Below are positions 16,944 to 26,901 of a stretch of 64,000 bases of DNA, in pieces; the first letter of the stretch is position 1; every line of letters begins with the position of its first letter. The translations under genes were made by a program, and so were the position numbers. The DNA is from Thermoleophilia bacterium (GTDB lineage: Bacteria > Actinomycetota > Thermoleophilia > Gaiellales > Gaiellaceae). The DNA lies in assembly GCA_009694305.1 (NCBI GenBank), contig SHVL01000003.1, forward strand, positions 1,508 through 65,507, in the 5' to 3' direction. Below the pieces are notes generated by a model that did no database searches, had not been told where the DNA came from, and saw only the letters and a list, made by a program, of their open reading frames with translations.

Positions 16944-17933
16944 ATGACGGCAACAATCCTCCACGACGGTGACCTCGGACTGCTCAACGGCAAGACTGCG
17001 GTCATTGGCTACGGGAGCCAGGGTCACGCACACGCGCTCAACCTTCGCGACTCGGGCATCGAGGTCGAAGTAGGGCTGCGCGAAGGCTCCGCCTCGTGGG
17101 GCGAGGCCGAGGCGACAGGCCTGACCGTCCGGACGATCGCCGAGGCCGTCACGGGCGCACAGCTCGTGGCGCTCCTGCTCCCGGATCAGGTGCAGCCGCA
17201 GGTCTTCTCCGAGCACATCGAGGCGAACCTCGCGCCGGATGCGGCCGTCCTCTTCGCCCATGGCTTCAACGTGCTCTACGAGCGCATTGCCCCGAGCGCC
17301 GCCCATGACGTGATCATGGTCGCCCCCAAGGGCCCCGGTCACGTCGTGCGCCGGCTCTTCACGGAGGGATACGGAACGCCGGCGCTCATCGCAGTCGAGC
17401 AGGACGCCTCCGGCAACGCCCGCGATCTTGCTCTCGCGTATGCCGTCGGCATCGGCGCGGGCCGGGCCGGCATCCTCGAGACGACGTTCAAGGAGGAGAC
17501 GGAGACGGATCTCTTCGGCGAGCAGGCGGTTCTCTGCGGCGGTACCTCGGAGCTCGTTCGCGCAGGGTTCGAGACGCTCGTCGAGGCGGGATACGCACCC
17601 GAGATCGCCTACTACGAGTGCCTCCACGAGCTGAAGCTGATCGTTGACCTGATGTGGGAGAACGGGCTCGCCGGGATGCGGTACTCCATCTCGGACACCG
17701 CCGAGTTCGGTGACTACACCCGTGGCAAGCGTGTGATCGACGGGCGCGTCCGCGAGCAGATGAAGGGAATCCTGACGGACATCCAGTCGGGCGAGTTCGC
17801 CCGCGAATGGGTGGAGGACATGGACAACAACGAGGTGCGCCTCAAGGCGATGCGGGCCGAAGCTGCACAGTCGCAGCTCGAGACGGTCGGCAAGGAGCTC
17901 CGCGGTTTGATGCACCGTGCGGGCGACCGCTAG
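16944..17933 (+). CDS. ilvC: Ketol-acid reductoisomerase
   Basis: Motifs include [23 protein letters not shown] and [14 protein letters not shown]. Confidence 0.93.
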   Translation: MTATILHDGDLGLLNGKTAVIGYGSQGHAHALNLRDSGIEVEVGLREGSASWGEAEATGLTVRTIAEAVTGAQLVALLLPDQVQPQVFSEHIEANLAPDAAVLFAHGFNVLYERIAPSAAHDVIMVAPKGPGHVVRRLFTEGYGTPALIAVEQDASGNARDLALAYAVGIGAGRAGILETTFKEETETDLFGEQAVLCGGTSELVRAGFETLVEAGYAPEIAYYECLHELKLIVDLMWENGLAGMRYSISDTAEFGDYTRGKRVIDGRVREQMKGILTDIQSGEFAREWVEDMDNNEVRLKAMRAEAAQSQLETVGKELRGLMHRAGDR

Positions 17934-17937
17934 AGGT

Positions 17938-19245
17938 ATGGCCGCTGTTGACGTACCGGTCGCGCTGCTCGGGTACGGCACCGTCGGCGCTGCCGTGCAT
18001 CGGCTGCTCGAAGAGTCCGCAGACGAGATAGAGCGAGCCACCGGGCACCGCCTGCGGGTGACGCGCGCGCTCGTGCGGGACACGGGTAAGGATCGTGGAT
18101 TCTCGCCCGGGCCGGGGGTGCTCACCGACGACATCCAGGTCATCCTCGGTGATCCGTCGATCCAGGTCGTGGCCGAGGTGATGGGCGGTGTAGAACCGGC
18201 CGGGAGCCACGTGCTGGAGCTCCTCCGCTCGGGACGACCCGTCGTGACGGCGAACAAGCAGCTCGTCGCACGGCGCGGCACCGAGCTCTTCGAGGCTGCC
18301 GCTGCCGGTGGAGTGCAGCTGCGGTTCGAGGCGTCGGTCTGTGCCGCGATCCCGGTGATCAAGGTGCTGCGCGAGTCCCTGATCGTCACGAACGTGCACC
18401 GCGTGCTCGGCATCGTCAACGGGACGACGAACTTCATCCTCTCGGCGATGGAGGAGGGCCGCTCGTACGACGACGCTCTTGCCGAGGCCCAACGCCTCGG
18501 GTTCGCCGAGGCCGACCCGACAGAGGATGTCGGAGGGCTGGATGCGGCGGCCAAGACGGCGATCCTCGCGACGGTTGCCTTCGGCTCTCGCGTGCCGCTC
18601 GAGTGGGTCGAGGTCGAGGGCATAGAGGGAGTCACGCTCGACCACGTCGCAGCGGCACGGGCTCTCGACATGCACGTCAAGCTCATCGGCAGGGCGACGC
18701 TCGTGGGTGACCGCGTAGACGTGCGCGTCGGCCCGGCGTTCGTGGACGGACACCATCCGCTCGCAGCAGTAGAGGGCGCCTTCAACGCCGTCATGCTGCA
18801 CGGCGACGCGATTCGTGAGATCACTCTCGAGGGACCCGGTGCCGGTGGGATCGAGACGGCGTCGGCGGTCGTGGCCGACATGGTCTCGGTCGTCGGTACG
18901 ACCGGGACGGGGTTCCTCCAGAACGACCCCGTCTGGCGGCACCTCGAGAGGCTTCCGCCCGGCGATCTCACCTCGCCGTTCTACCTCCGGCTCGAGGTGG
19001 AGGATCGCGCGGGCGTGCTCGCTCGTATCGCGCAGGAACTTGCGGCGGAGAGCGTCTCGGTCGCGCAACTCGTACAGCAGACCGCCGACGACCGCGCAGT
19101 GCTTCATATCGTCACCCACGATGCGGCAGCGGGACGGGTCAACGCCGCTCTCACCGCGATCCGGGCTCTGCCCGAGGCTCGCGGTGAGGCAACCGCCATT
19201 CCCGTCATCTCCAGCCGAGGTGTTGCAGAGCTGGGCTGGGCGTGA
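17938..19245 (+). CDS. hom: Homoserine dehydrogenase
   Basis: It has VALLGYGTVG, NGTTNFIL and a C-terminal ACT domain. I chose the ATG at 17938 just after the ilvC stop. Confidence 0.88.
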   Translation: MAAVDVPVALLGYGTVGAAVHRLLEESADEIERATGHRLRVTRALVRDTGKDRGFSPGPGVLTDDIQVILGDPSIQVVAEVMGGVEPAGSHVLELLRSGRPVVTANKQLVARRGTELFEAAAAGGVQLRFEASVCAAIPVIKVLRESLIVTNVHRVLGIVNGTTNFILSAMEEGRSYDDALAEAQRLGFAEADPTEDVGGLDAAAKTAILATVAFGSRVPLEWVEVEGIEGVTLDHVAAARALDMHVKLIGRATLVGDRVDVRVGPAFVDGHHPLAAVEGAFNAVMLHGDAIREITLEGPGAGGIETASAVVADMVSVVGTTGTGFLQNDPVWRHLERLPPGDLTSPFYLRLEVEDRAGVLARIAQELAAESVSVAQLVQQTADDRAVLHIVTHDAAAGRVNAALTAIRALPEARGEATAIPVISSRGVAELGWA

Positions 19246-20216
19246 CGATCGCCCTGATCGACAGGTATCGCGGGGCCCTACCCGTCAGCGAGGCAACACC
19301 CGTTATCTCGCTCGGCGAAGGATCCACGCCGCTCCTGCGCGCCCCGCGTCTCTCCGAGCGGCTGGGGGTCGAGATCCTGCTCAAGTGGGAAGCGTCGAAC
19401 CCGACGGGCTCCTACAAGGATCGTGGGATGACCGTCGCTGTCTCGAAGGCGGCAGAGGCCGGCGCCGAGGCCGTCATCTGCGCCTCTACCGGCAACACCG
19501 CGGCCTCGGCGGCGGCCTACGCGGCGCGGGCCGGCATCCCGGCCGTCGTGCTCACCCCGGCGGGTGCCGTGGCGGGTGCGAAGGTCTCGCAGACACGGAT
19601 GCTCGGCGCAACGGTGCTCGAGGTGCGCGGCGACTTCGACGAGGCGCTTGCCGCCGCCCAGGAGCTCTCGCGGCGCGGCACTCACGTGCTCGTCAACTCC
19701 GTCAATCCGCACCGTCGCGAGGGGCAGAAGACAGCGGTCTTCGAGATCGTCGAGGAACTGGGTGCAGCCCCCGATGCGTTCGTGATCCCGTACGGCGGTG
19801 GCGGTAATACCTCCGCCTACGCCGCAGGAATCTCCGAGCTCGGAATCGCGACCCCGATCTACTCGGTCGAGGCCGAGAATCGGCCGGCGACCCTCGCCTC
19901 GGCGATCCGGATCGGTGCCCCTGTCCACGCCGCAGCCGTACGCGCCTCGGGGGCCACGATCGTGACGGTGTCCGACGAGGAGATCGTCGCCGCCTGGCTC
20001 GAGCTCGCGACGGTCGAAGGTCTCTTCTGCGAGCCGTCGTCGGCGGCCGGCCTCGCCGCGATTCGTCGTGGCGCCGTTCCCGGGGAACGGCTCGTCGTCA
20101 CGATCACGGGCCACGGTCTGAAGGACACCGAGAACGCAGACCGGTACGCGCCGCCACTTCAGCAGATAGACGCCGATCCCGACGCGATCGCCGCTGCAGC
20201 CCAGAGCAAGCGATGA
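19242..20216 (+). CDS. thrC: Threonine synthase (short type, 324 aa)
   Basis: The PLP-lysine motif NPTGSYKDRG is present. It lies between hom and thrB, with GTGA and ATGA overlaps. Confidence 0.88.
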   Translation: MTIALIDRYRGALPVSEATPVISLGEGSTPLLRAPRLSERLGVEILLKWEASNPTGSYKDRGMTVAVSKAAEAGAEAVICASTGNTAASAAAYAARAGIPAVVLTPAGAVAGAKVSQTRMLGATVLEVRGDFDEALAAAQELSRRGTHVLVNSVNPHRREGQKTAVFEIVEELGAAPDAFVIPYGGGGNTSAYAAGISELGIATPIYSVEAENRPATLASAIRIGAPVHAAAVRASGATIVTVSDEEIVAAWLELATVEGLFCEPSSAAGLAAIRRGAVPGERLVVTITGHGLKDTENADRYAPPLQQIDADPDAIAAAAQSKR

Positions 20217-21025
20217 TCGTTCGGGCTCCTGCGACCTCCGCGAACATCGGATCTGGATTCGACACGGCCGCCGTGGCGTTCGACCTCTGGAACGAGCTCG
20301 AGGTGAGCGACGGCTCCGGCGTTGTCATCGAGGGAGAGGGAGCCTCCGAGCTCGTTGCGAATAGCGACAACCTTGCCGTGCGCGCCTTTGCGCTCCTCGC
20401 CGACCCGGCCGGAAAGCACTTTCGTTTCCGCAACCGCATCCCGCTCGAACGCGGCCTTGGCTCGTCCGCGGCGGCAATCGCGCTCGGGCTCGTGGCTGCG
20501 GCCCCCGATGCTATGCCCGGGGATCTGCTGGCGGCGGGGCTGACCCTGGAGCCGCACGCAGACAATCTGGGGGCTGCACTCCTCGGTGGCCTGACTCTTG
20601 CCTGGGACGGAAGGATCGCCCGGATTGCCGAGAGCCTGCCGCTCGACGCGATCGCAGTCATCCCGAGTGCGCGAACCTCGACGGCAGCCTCGCGGGGCAC
20701 GTTGCCGGCGACCGTCCCCCATGCCGAGGCGGCAGCGAGTGCAGGACGTGCAGCCCTTCTCGGCGCAGGGGCCGCGAGTGGTGACGCCACCCTCTTTGCC
20801 GCGGCACTCGGCGACTGGCTCCACGAGCCGTATCGTCCCTCCGCCGTGCTCGAAGCTGTACGTGAGAGCCCCCCTCGCGGCTGTGCCGGAGCAACGCTTT
20901 CCGGATCGGGACCGACCGTGATCGTGTGGGCCTCCGACCGGAAGGCCTGCGCCGACGACCTCCGCGCGCGATTCTCCGAGTGTCGCATTCTCGAGCTCGC
21001 TGTCGTGCCGCGGGGCGCTCTGTGA
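20213..21025 (+). CDS. thrB: Homoserine kinase
   Basis: It carries the GHMP kinase motif PLERGLGSSAAA and begins APATSANIGSGFD. Confidence 0.88.
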   Translation: MIVRAPATSANIGSGFDTAAVAFDLWNELEVSDGSGVVIEGEGASELVANSDNLAVRAFALLADPAGKHFRFRNRIPLERGLGSSAAAIALGLVAAAPDAMPGDLLAAGLTLEPHADNLGAALLGGLTLAWDGRIARIAESLPLDAIAVIPSARTSTAASRGTLPATVPHAEAAASAGRAALLGAGAASGDATLFAAALGDWLHEPYRPSAVLEAVRESPPRGCAGATLSGSGPTVIVWASDRKACADDLRARFSECRILELAVVPRGAL

Positions 21026-21729
21026 GCCTCCTGCTCGCTGACGTTCGTCCGCGCGCAGCGTACGACGCAGGGCATCTGCCGGGAGCCGTTCACCTCGACC
21101 CGGAGGCCGACCTGTCGGCGGTCGGCCCGGATCCCGCCAACGGTGGGCGCCATCCGTTACCGGACGATTCCCGGCTCGAGGACGTGTTCGCGCGCGCAGG
21201 CATCGGGGCGACCTCGTTCGTCCTTGCGCTCGACGACGGCTCGGGCTGGGCCGCACGCTGCTGGTGGCTGTTACGCCATCTCGGGCACGATGCTGCCGGA
21301 ACACTCGACGTCCGTGGCTATCTCGGCCCGCTCTCGACCGTCGAGGCAGAGAATCCGCAGGCCGCCTTCCAGGCGAGGCCGCGCTCGGACGACTGCATCT
21401 CGGCCGAGGAGATCCTCGGCCGTCTCGACGATCCAGCTCTCGTGCTCTACGACGCTCGCAGCCGTGTGCGCTGGCTTGGCGAGGCCGAGCCGCTCGATCC
21501 GGTCGCCGGTCGGATTCCGGGCGCGCTCAATGCGTATTTCGAAGACCAACTGCCCGCCGGAGCCACCGGGCACGCGGAGATCGTGGCGTACTGCGGCTCC
21601 GGCGTGACGGCCTGCGTCGTCGCCCAGAAACTCGTTCTCGCCGGCCGCGAGGACGTCCGCCTATATGCTGGCTCGTTCAGCGAGTGGTGCCGTCGTGAGA
21701 GCTACCCCATCGAGAAAGGAACCCCTTGA
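21022..21729 (+). CDS. Two-domain rhodanese (thiosulfate/3-mercaptopyruvate sulfurtransferase-like)
   Basis: The second domain has the active-site loop YCGSGVTA. The GTG start overlaps the thrB stop, and its own stop overlaps the ilvD TTG start. Confidence 0.75.
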   Translation: MSLLLADVRPRAAYDAGHLPGAVHLDPEADLSAVGPDPANGGRHPLPDDSRLEDVFARAGIGATSFVLALDDGSGWAARCWWLLRHLGHDAAGTLDVRGYLGPLSTVEAENPQAAFQARPRSDDCISAEEILGRLDDPALVLYDARSRVRWLGEAEPLDPVAGRIPGALNAYFEDQLPAGATGHAEIVAYCGSGVTACVVAQKLVLAGREDVRLYAGSFSEWCRRESYPIEKGTP

Positions 21730-23438
21730 CTACACCGTACGATCGTCCTTCCGATCCCGCCAAGCGCATCAGCGCTGCCCTCACCGACGGCCCCGACCGG
21801 GCGGGAGCTCGCTCGATGCTGAAGGCGACAGGCTTCACCGACGAGGACCTCGCGAAGCCGATCGTCGGTGTCGGCACGACCTGGATCGAGACGATGCCGT
21901 GCAACCTCAACCAGCGCGACCTCGCGGTGCATGTCAAGCGCGGTGTTCGCGACGCAGGCGGTACGCCGATGGAGTTCAACACGATCGCGGTCTCGGACGG
22001 CGTCTCGATGGGGACGTCCGGCATGCGCGCCTCGCTCGTCTCGCGCGAGGTGATCGCCGACTCGATCGAGCTCGTCGCACGCGGGCATCTCTTTGACGGG
22101 CTCGTTCAGCTCGTCGCGTGCGACAAGACGAACCCCGGCGGCGCGATGGCCGTTGGGCGGCTCGACATCCCGTCCGTCCTCTACTACTCCGGCTCGATCG
22201 CGCCCGGGCTCTACCGGCAGCGCGAGGTCTCGATCGGTGATGTCTACGAGGGTATCGGCGCCCACGCGGCCGGCAAGATCACCGACGAGGATCTCCACGA
22301 GCTCGAATCGGCGGCGTGTCCCGGTGCGGGAGCCTGCGGTGGCCAGTTCACGGCCAACACGATGTCAACGATCCTCGACTTCCTCGGGCTGTCCCCGTTC
22401 GGGGCAAACGGAATCCCTGCGATGCATCGAGGCAAGGAACAGGCAGCCTACGAGGCGGGAGTCCTTGCCGTCCAGCTCGTGCGCGACAACGTAACGCCAC
22501 GATCGCTCGTCACGAGAGAGTCGTTCGAGAACGCCGTCGCCTCGGTTGCTGCAACCGGCGGTTCGACGAACGCCGTGCTCCACCTCGCCGCTATTGCGCG
22601 CGACTTCGGGATCGAGTTCACGATCGACGACTTCGAGCGTATCTCGGCCCGAACGCCGATCATCGCCGACATGAAGCCCTGGGGGCGCTGGCATGCAAGC
22701 GACATGTACAACGCCGGAGGTGTCGGCCTCGTCGCGCGTGAGTTGAAAAAGGCGGGCCTGCTGCACGAGCATGCGAGGACGATCGACGGACGGACGATCG
22801 GTGAGATCGCCGATGCGGCAGTGGAGAAGGACGGCCAGACGGTCGTCGTTCCGATCGAGACCCCCTTGAAGCCGCGCGGCGGCGTGGCAGTCCTGTACGG
22901 CAACCTTGCGCCCGAGGGGTGTGCCGTCAAGCTCGCCGGGCACGACCGCACGCTTCATCGCGGGCCTGCGCGTGTCTTCGACTCGGAGGAGGACACCTTT
23001 GCTGCGGTCAAGGCCGGCAAGATCGTGGCGGGCGACGTGGTCGTCATTCGCTACGAGGGCCCGCACGGCGGCCCCGGGATGCGAGAGATGCTGCACGTCA
23101 CGGGAGCCATTGTCGGCGAAGGCCTCTCGGATTCGGTCGCACTCGTCACCGACGGGCGGTTCTCCGGCGCGACTCACGGCTTCATGATCGGCCATGTTGC
23201 TCCCGAGGCGTCGAGAGGCGGCCCGCTGGCAGCAGTGCGCGAAGGCGACATCGTCGTCGTGGACGTCGAGAATCACGAGCTCAACGTCGAGCTCACGGCT
23301 GCCGAGATCATCGCGCGCCTGGCCGACTGGGTCGAGCCGGAACCACGCTACCGCCGGGGCGTGCTCGCGAACTACGCGACTCTCGTCTCGTCTGCCTCAC
23401 TCGGCGCGGTCACGCTCTCGCGGTACGAGACCGCATGA
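21726..23438 (+). CDS. ilvD: Dihydroxy-acid dehydratase
   Basis: Motifs include [22 protein letters not shown] and RFSGATHG. Confidence 0.93.
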   Translation: MTTPYDRPSDPAKRISAALTDGPDRAGARSMLKATGFTDEDLAKPIVGVGTTWIETMPCNLNQRDLAVHVKRGVRDAGGTPMEFNTIAVSDGVSMGTSGMRASLVSREVIADSIELVARGHLFDGLVQLVACDKTNPGGAMAVGRLDIPSVLYYSGSIAPGLYRQREVSIGDVYEGIGAHAAGKITDEDLHELESAACPGAGACGGQFTANTMSTILDFLGLSPFGANGIPAMHRGKEQAAYEAGVLAVQLVRDNVTPRSLVTRESFENAVASVAATGGSTNAVLHLAAIARDFGIEFTIDDFERISARTPIIADMKPWGRWHASDMYNAGGVGLVARELKKAGLLHEHARTIDGRTIGEIADAAVEKDGQTVVVPIETPLKPRGGVAVLYGNLAPEGCAVKLAGHDRTLHRGPARVFDSEEDTFAAVKAGKIVAGDVVVIRYEGPHGGPGMREMLHVTGAIVGEGLSDSVALVTDGRFSGATHGFMIGHVAPEASRGGPLAAVREGDIVVVDVENHELNVELTAAEIIARLADWVEPEPRYRRGVLANYATLVSSASLGAVTLSRYETA

Positions 23439-23454
23439 CTCGACGTATATTGCT

Positions 23455-23470
23455 TTACTTCTTGAAGTAA
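23455..23470. promoter_or_regulatory. AT-rich perfect palindrome TTACTTC-TT-GAAGTAA upstream of peroxiredoxin
   Basis: Read directly from the sequence. It is an isolated AT-rich inverted repeat in a 70% GC background, about 90 bp before the prx ATG. The 2-nt spacer makes an RNA hairpin unlikely, so it may be a protein operator. Confidence 0.35.
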
Positions 23471-23555
23471 TGCTTTTGGACAGGCTCTAGCCAACAGAGG
23501 TTGGCGTGCCGTAGGCGCATCGCGCGCATCCGTACGAGAAACCAGGAGGACGAAA

Positions 23556-24215
23556 ATGGCACTGCATCTTGGCGACATTGCGCCTGATTTTCGGGCCGAG
23601 ACCACCGAAGGCCCGATCGGCTTCCACGACTGGATCGGCGACGCCTGGGCGGTTTTGTTCTCGCATCCGAAGGACTTCACCCCGATCTGCACCACGGAGC
23701 TCGGCTACATGGCGAGGATCAAGCCCGACTTCGACAGCCGCGGGGTGAAGATCATCGGTCTCTCGGTTGACCCGGTGGACAGGCATGCGGCCTGGGCGGC
23801 AGACATCGAGGAGACGCAGGGGTATGCGCCGAACTTCCCGATGATCGCAGACGTCGATTTCAACGTCTCCAAGCTCTACGGGATGCTCGGCGCCGATGTC
23901 TCGGGCGATCCCGCCGACCGCACGGCAGCCGACAACCAGACGGTGCGCAACGTGTTCGTGATCGGTCCTGACAAGAAGGTCAAGCTGGTTCTCGTCTACC
24001 CGATGACGACCGGCCGTAACTTCGACGAGGTACTCCGGGTGATCGACTCGCTGCAGCTGACGGCGAAGCACAAGGTCTCGACACCGGTCAACTGGAAGCC
24101 CGGCGAGAACGTCGTCATCGCCGGCTCGGTGACCGACGAGCAGGCCCGCGAGATCTGGCCCGACGGCTGGGAGTCACCGAAGCCCTACATCAGGATCGTG
24201 CAGCAGCCGAGCTGA
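23556..24215 (+). CDS. 1-Cys peroxiredoxin (Prx6-like)
   Basis: The N-terminus LGDIAPDFRAETTEGPIGFHDWIGDAWAVLFSHPKDFTPICTTELG carries the peroxidatic Cys motif. The SD AGGAGG lies upstream. Confidence 0.88.
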   Translation: MALHLGDIAPDFRAETTEGPIGFHDWIGDAWAVLFSHPKDFTPICTTELGYMARIKPDFDSRGVKIIGLSVDPVDRHAAWAADIEETQGYAPNFPMIADVDFNVSKLYGMLGADVSGDPADRTAADNQTVRNVFVIGPDKKVKLVLVYPMTTGRNFDEVLRVIDSLQLTAKHKVSTPVNWKPGENVVIAGSVTDEQAREIWPDGWESPKPYIRIVQQPS

Positions 24216-24270
24216 CCGGCGGGGAGAGTTGCCGCCAGGGTGGGGAGTACATGAACGGCCCACCTGCACG

Positions 24271-25050
24271 TCAGTAGGTCTTCGCAATCAGGCCCCCGTC
24301 AACCACGAGGGACGTGCCGCTGACGAACGATGCCTCGTCGGAGGCGAGATAGACGACGGCTGCGGCAACCTCGCGCGGGTGGGCTATCCGCTTGCCCGGA
24401 TAGGCGGACTCCATCTCGTCCCGGGCCGCCGCCGCATCCTCGGTGCCGGCGAAGTACTCCTCGATCATCGGTGTCTCCATGTCCCCCGGGCAGACGCAGT
24501 TGCAGCGGATCCCGTCGGCCGCGTAGTCGATTGCGATTGCCTTCGTGAGCCCGAGAATCCCCGACTTCATCGCCGTGTAGGCCGCCAGGTATCCGTCTCC
24601 CGTGAACGACAGGATCGAGCCGACGTTGACGATCGCGCCCGGTCGGCCGGCGGCGCGCATCGCCGTGACCGCGTGCTTGCAGCCCCAGAACGTGCCGGTC
24701 ATGTGGACGGCGAGCAACTGATTCCACTGCTCGTTCGACGTTTCGTGCAGCCGGCCCTCGCCGAGAATCCCGGCATTGTTGACGAGCACGTCGAGGCTTC
24801 CGAACTCTGCCTCGCAGCGGGCGATCGCACGCACGATGTCGGCCTCGCACGTCACGTCGCCCTGCTCGAACACCGCGACCCCACCGGCAGCGGTTGCCTC
24901 GGCCGCGACCGCTGCTCCAGCCTCTGCATTCCGCGAGAGGGCGACGACCCGGGCGCCTTCGCGGGTAAACGCGAGGACGATCTCGCGACCGAGACCCCTC
25001 GAGGTTCCCGTCACGACTGCTGTTTTTCCGGCAAGACGCGTCATTCCCAA
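24271..25050 (-). CDS. Short-chain dehydrogenase/reductase
   Basis: It has TGTSRGLG, NNAG and YxxxK (YTAMKSG). Confidence 0.85.
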   Translation of the reverse strand: MGMTRLAGKTAVVTGTSRGLGREIVLAFTREGARVVALSRNAEAGAAVAAEATAAGGVAVFEQGDVTCEADIVRAIARCEAEFGSLDVLVNNAGILGEGRLHETSNEQWNQLLAVHMTGTFWGCKHAVTAMRAAGRPGAIVNVGSILSFTGDGYLAAYTAMKSGILGLTKAIAIDYAADGIRCNCVCPGDMETPMIEEYFAGTEDAAAARDEMESAYPGKRIAHPREVAAAVVYLASDEASFVSGTSLVVDGGLIAKTY

Positions 25051-25123
25051 CCTCCTCTGGAGCTATGCCGACCCTCTGCCTGCCGGCCGGCTTCACCCGG
25101 ACAGGGTGCCCACGTGTCCGACC

Positions 25124-25396
25124 TTACGACCCGGCGTCTTCCCGCGTTATGTCGTCCAGCAACTCCCCGGCGGAAAGGACTTTGAGCGTCCAGTGATCAT
25201 GCATCCACGCGAGATGCGAGTGTCGTGCTGCGACGATCCTGATGGTGTCCCAGTTCGGGAACTCCTGCTGGCTGAGGTGGTCGGTCATGAGCTTCGGGTC
25301 AACCTCGAAGATATGCTCGAAGCGCATGATCGCCACGTCCGATACCTGCACCGGGTCGGGCGGGGTCGTCTCGTCGGCATAGCGGTAGGCGGTCAT
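25124..25396 (-). CDS. 90-aa protein of unknown function, translationally coupled to the FAD oxidase
   Basis: The ATG overlaps the upstream stop (ATGA), and the SD GAGGAGGTGGA is embedded in the oxidase 3' end. I recognise no motif. Confidence 0.55.
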   Translation of the reverse strand: MTAYRYADETTPPDPVQVSDVAIMRFEHIFEVDPKLMTDHLSQQEFPNWDTIRIVAARHSHLAWMHDHWTLKVLSAGELLDDITREDAGS

Positions 25397-26901
25397 TCCA
25401 CCTCCTCGTAGGCGCGGTCGAGAAGGTACTTGCCGGGATTCATGATGTTCCCCGGATCGAGGGCGCGCTTGATGGTGAGCATCACGTCGAAGACTCCACC
25501 GAGCTCGGTCGGCACGAGATCTACCTCGCCCTCGCGGCATGATCCGTGACAGGCGCTGATCGAGCCGCCGTGCGCGATCGCGACCGCGGAGAACTCGCGC
25601 TTGGCATTCACCCACAGCTGCCAGGCCTCGTCGTCGAGCTCCTGCTCCCAGATGCCCACGTCGATCTCGACCAGGTAGTCGGCGCCGGTGGGTCCGTTCG
25701 TGTACGCGAAGATCCCCCAGTCGTCGAAGATCTCCGACGCGCGACAGAGCCGCGCCATGATCTCGTGCCACTCTTTCCGAACTGCGGGAACGGCGGTGTA
25801 GTTGATCGACGCGTCCTCACAGTGCCAGCCCATCGGCACGACCTGGCCCGCGCGCGTGCGCCCGTGCAGTGGAGTCGCGTAACGGTCGTGACGCGCGGCC
25901 CAGTCGCCCTGCGAGATCTCGTCACCGAGATAGGTTCCCCCGTGATCGCGCGCGATGCGCATCAGCCGCCGGCCGCCGGCCTCCACCTCCTCCTCGTTGC
26001 CGTAGAGAGCAGCACAGACGAGCGCGCGGACACTCTCGGGCTGCGGAATGTAGGCCTCGTCGTCGCGACGCAGGTAGGCGACCTTCTCGGGATCGAAGAT
26101 CACGGCGCCCGCGAAGGTGGCGCAGTTCGCGCGCACGATCAATCCGACAGCGCGATAGGCCTCCTCGTAGCTCTCGAAGGCCCAGAAGGGAGACAGCTCG
26201 GCCTCCGGCTTGTCGTACAGCTTCAACGTCGCTTCGGTCGCGACACCAAGCGTCCCTTGATGGCCCATGAAGAGCTGTTTGAGGCTGTAGCCGGACGAGC
26301 TCTTCGAGAGCTTTGCACCGCCGCCGTCACCGACCTGGATCACTTGCCCCGAGGGAAGCACGTGGGTGAAGCTCAGAACGAGATCCCGGGTATGGCCGTA
26401 CCGGCTGCCGATGAGCGACCAGCCGCTCGTGCCGATCCGGCCGCCCACGAGCGAGCATGGATACGAGGCGGGGTCGTCCGGGTAGATGAGGCCGTGCTTG
26501 CCGAGCACCTCGTTGAGCTTCAGCATGTTGACGCCGGCGCCGACCCGGCAGGTGCGGTTCTCGAGGTCGATCTCGTGGATCTCGTCGAGCCGCTTGAGGT
26601 CGAGCAGGATACCTCCCCGCAACGGGACTGCGCCGTCGGTCAGGCCGGTTCCACCGGAGCGAGGTACCACCGGAACCCCGAAGCGGTTCGCGATGACGAC
26701 GATGGCAGCGACCTCTGCCGTCGTGCCCGGCAACACGACGATACCCGGCACGTGCTCGGCCCAGCGATGAACCGGAAACGGTGCCGGGACGCGTGCCCGG
26801 TGGAAACGTGCCGCGCGATCGGCGATCACGTGAGCGTCACCGATCGCAGCACGTAACGCCTCGGCTACCTCCGGGTCGATCTCGGTGAGAACGGTACTCA
26901 T
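25393..26901 (-). CDS. FAD-linked oxidase (GlcD / D-lactate dehydrogenase-like)
   Basis: The FAD_binding_4 pattern VVPRSGGTGLTDGAVP is present, and the C-terminus ALDPGNIMNPGK is typical. The start MSTVLTE overlaps the upstream stop (ATGA). Confidence 0.85.
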   Translation of the reverse strand: MSTVLTEIDPEVAEALRAAIGDAHVIADRAARFHRARVPAPFPVHRWAEHVPGIVVLPGTTAEVAAIVVIANRFGVPVVPRSGGTGLTDGAVPLRGGILLDLKRLDEIHEIDLENRTCRVGAGVNMLKLNEVLGKHGLIYPDDPASYPCSLVGGRIGTSGWSLIGSRYGHTRDLVLSFTHVLPSGQVIQVGDGGGAKLSKSSSGYSLKQLFMGHQGTLGVATEATLKLYDKPEAELSPFWAFESYEEAYRAVGLIVRANCATFAGAVIFDPEKVAYLRRDDEAYIPQPESVRALVCAALYGNEEEVEAGGRRLMRIARDHGGTYLGDEISQGDWAARHDRYATPLHGRTRAGQVVPMGWHCEDASINYTAVPAVRKEWHEIMARLCRASEIFDDWGIFAYTNGPTGADYLVEIDVGIWEQELDDEAWQLWVNAKREFSAVAIAHGGSISACHGSCREGEVDLVPTELGGVFDVMLTIKRALDPGNIMNPGKYLLDRAYEEVE

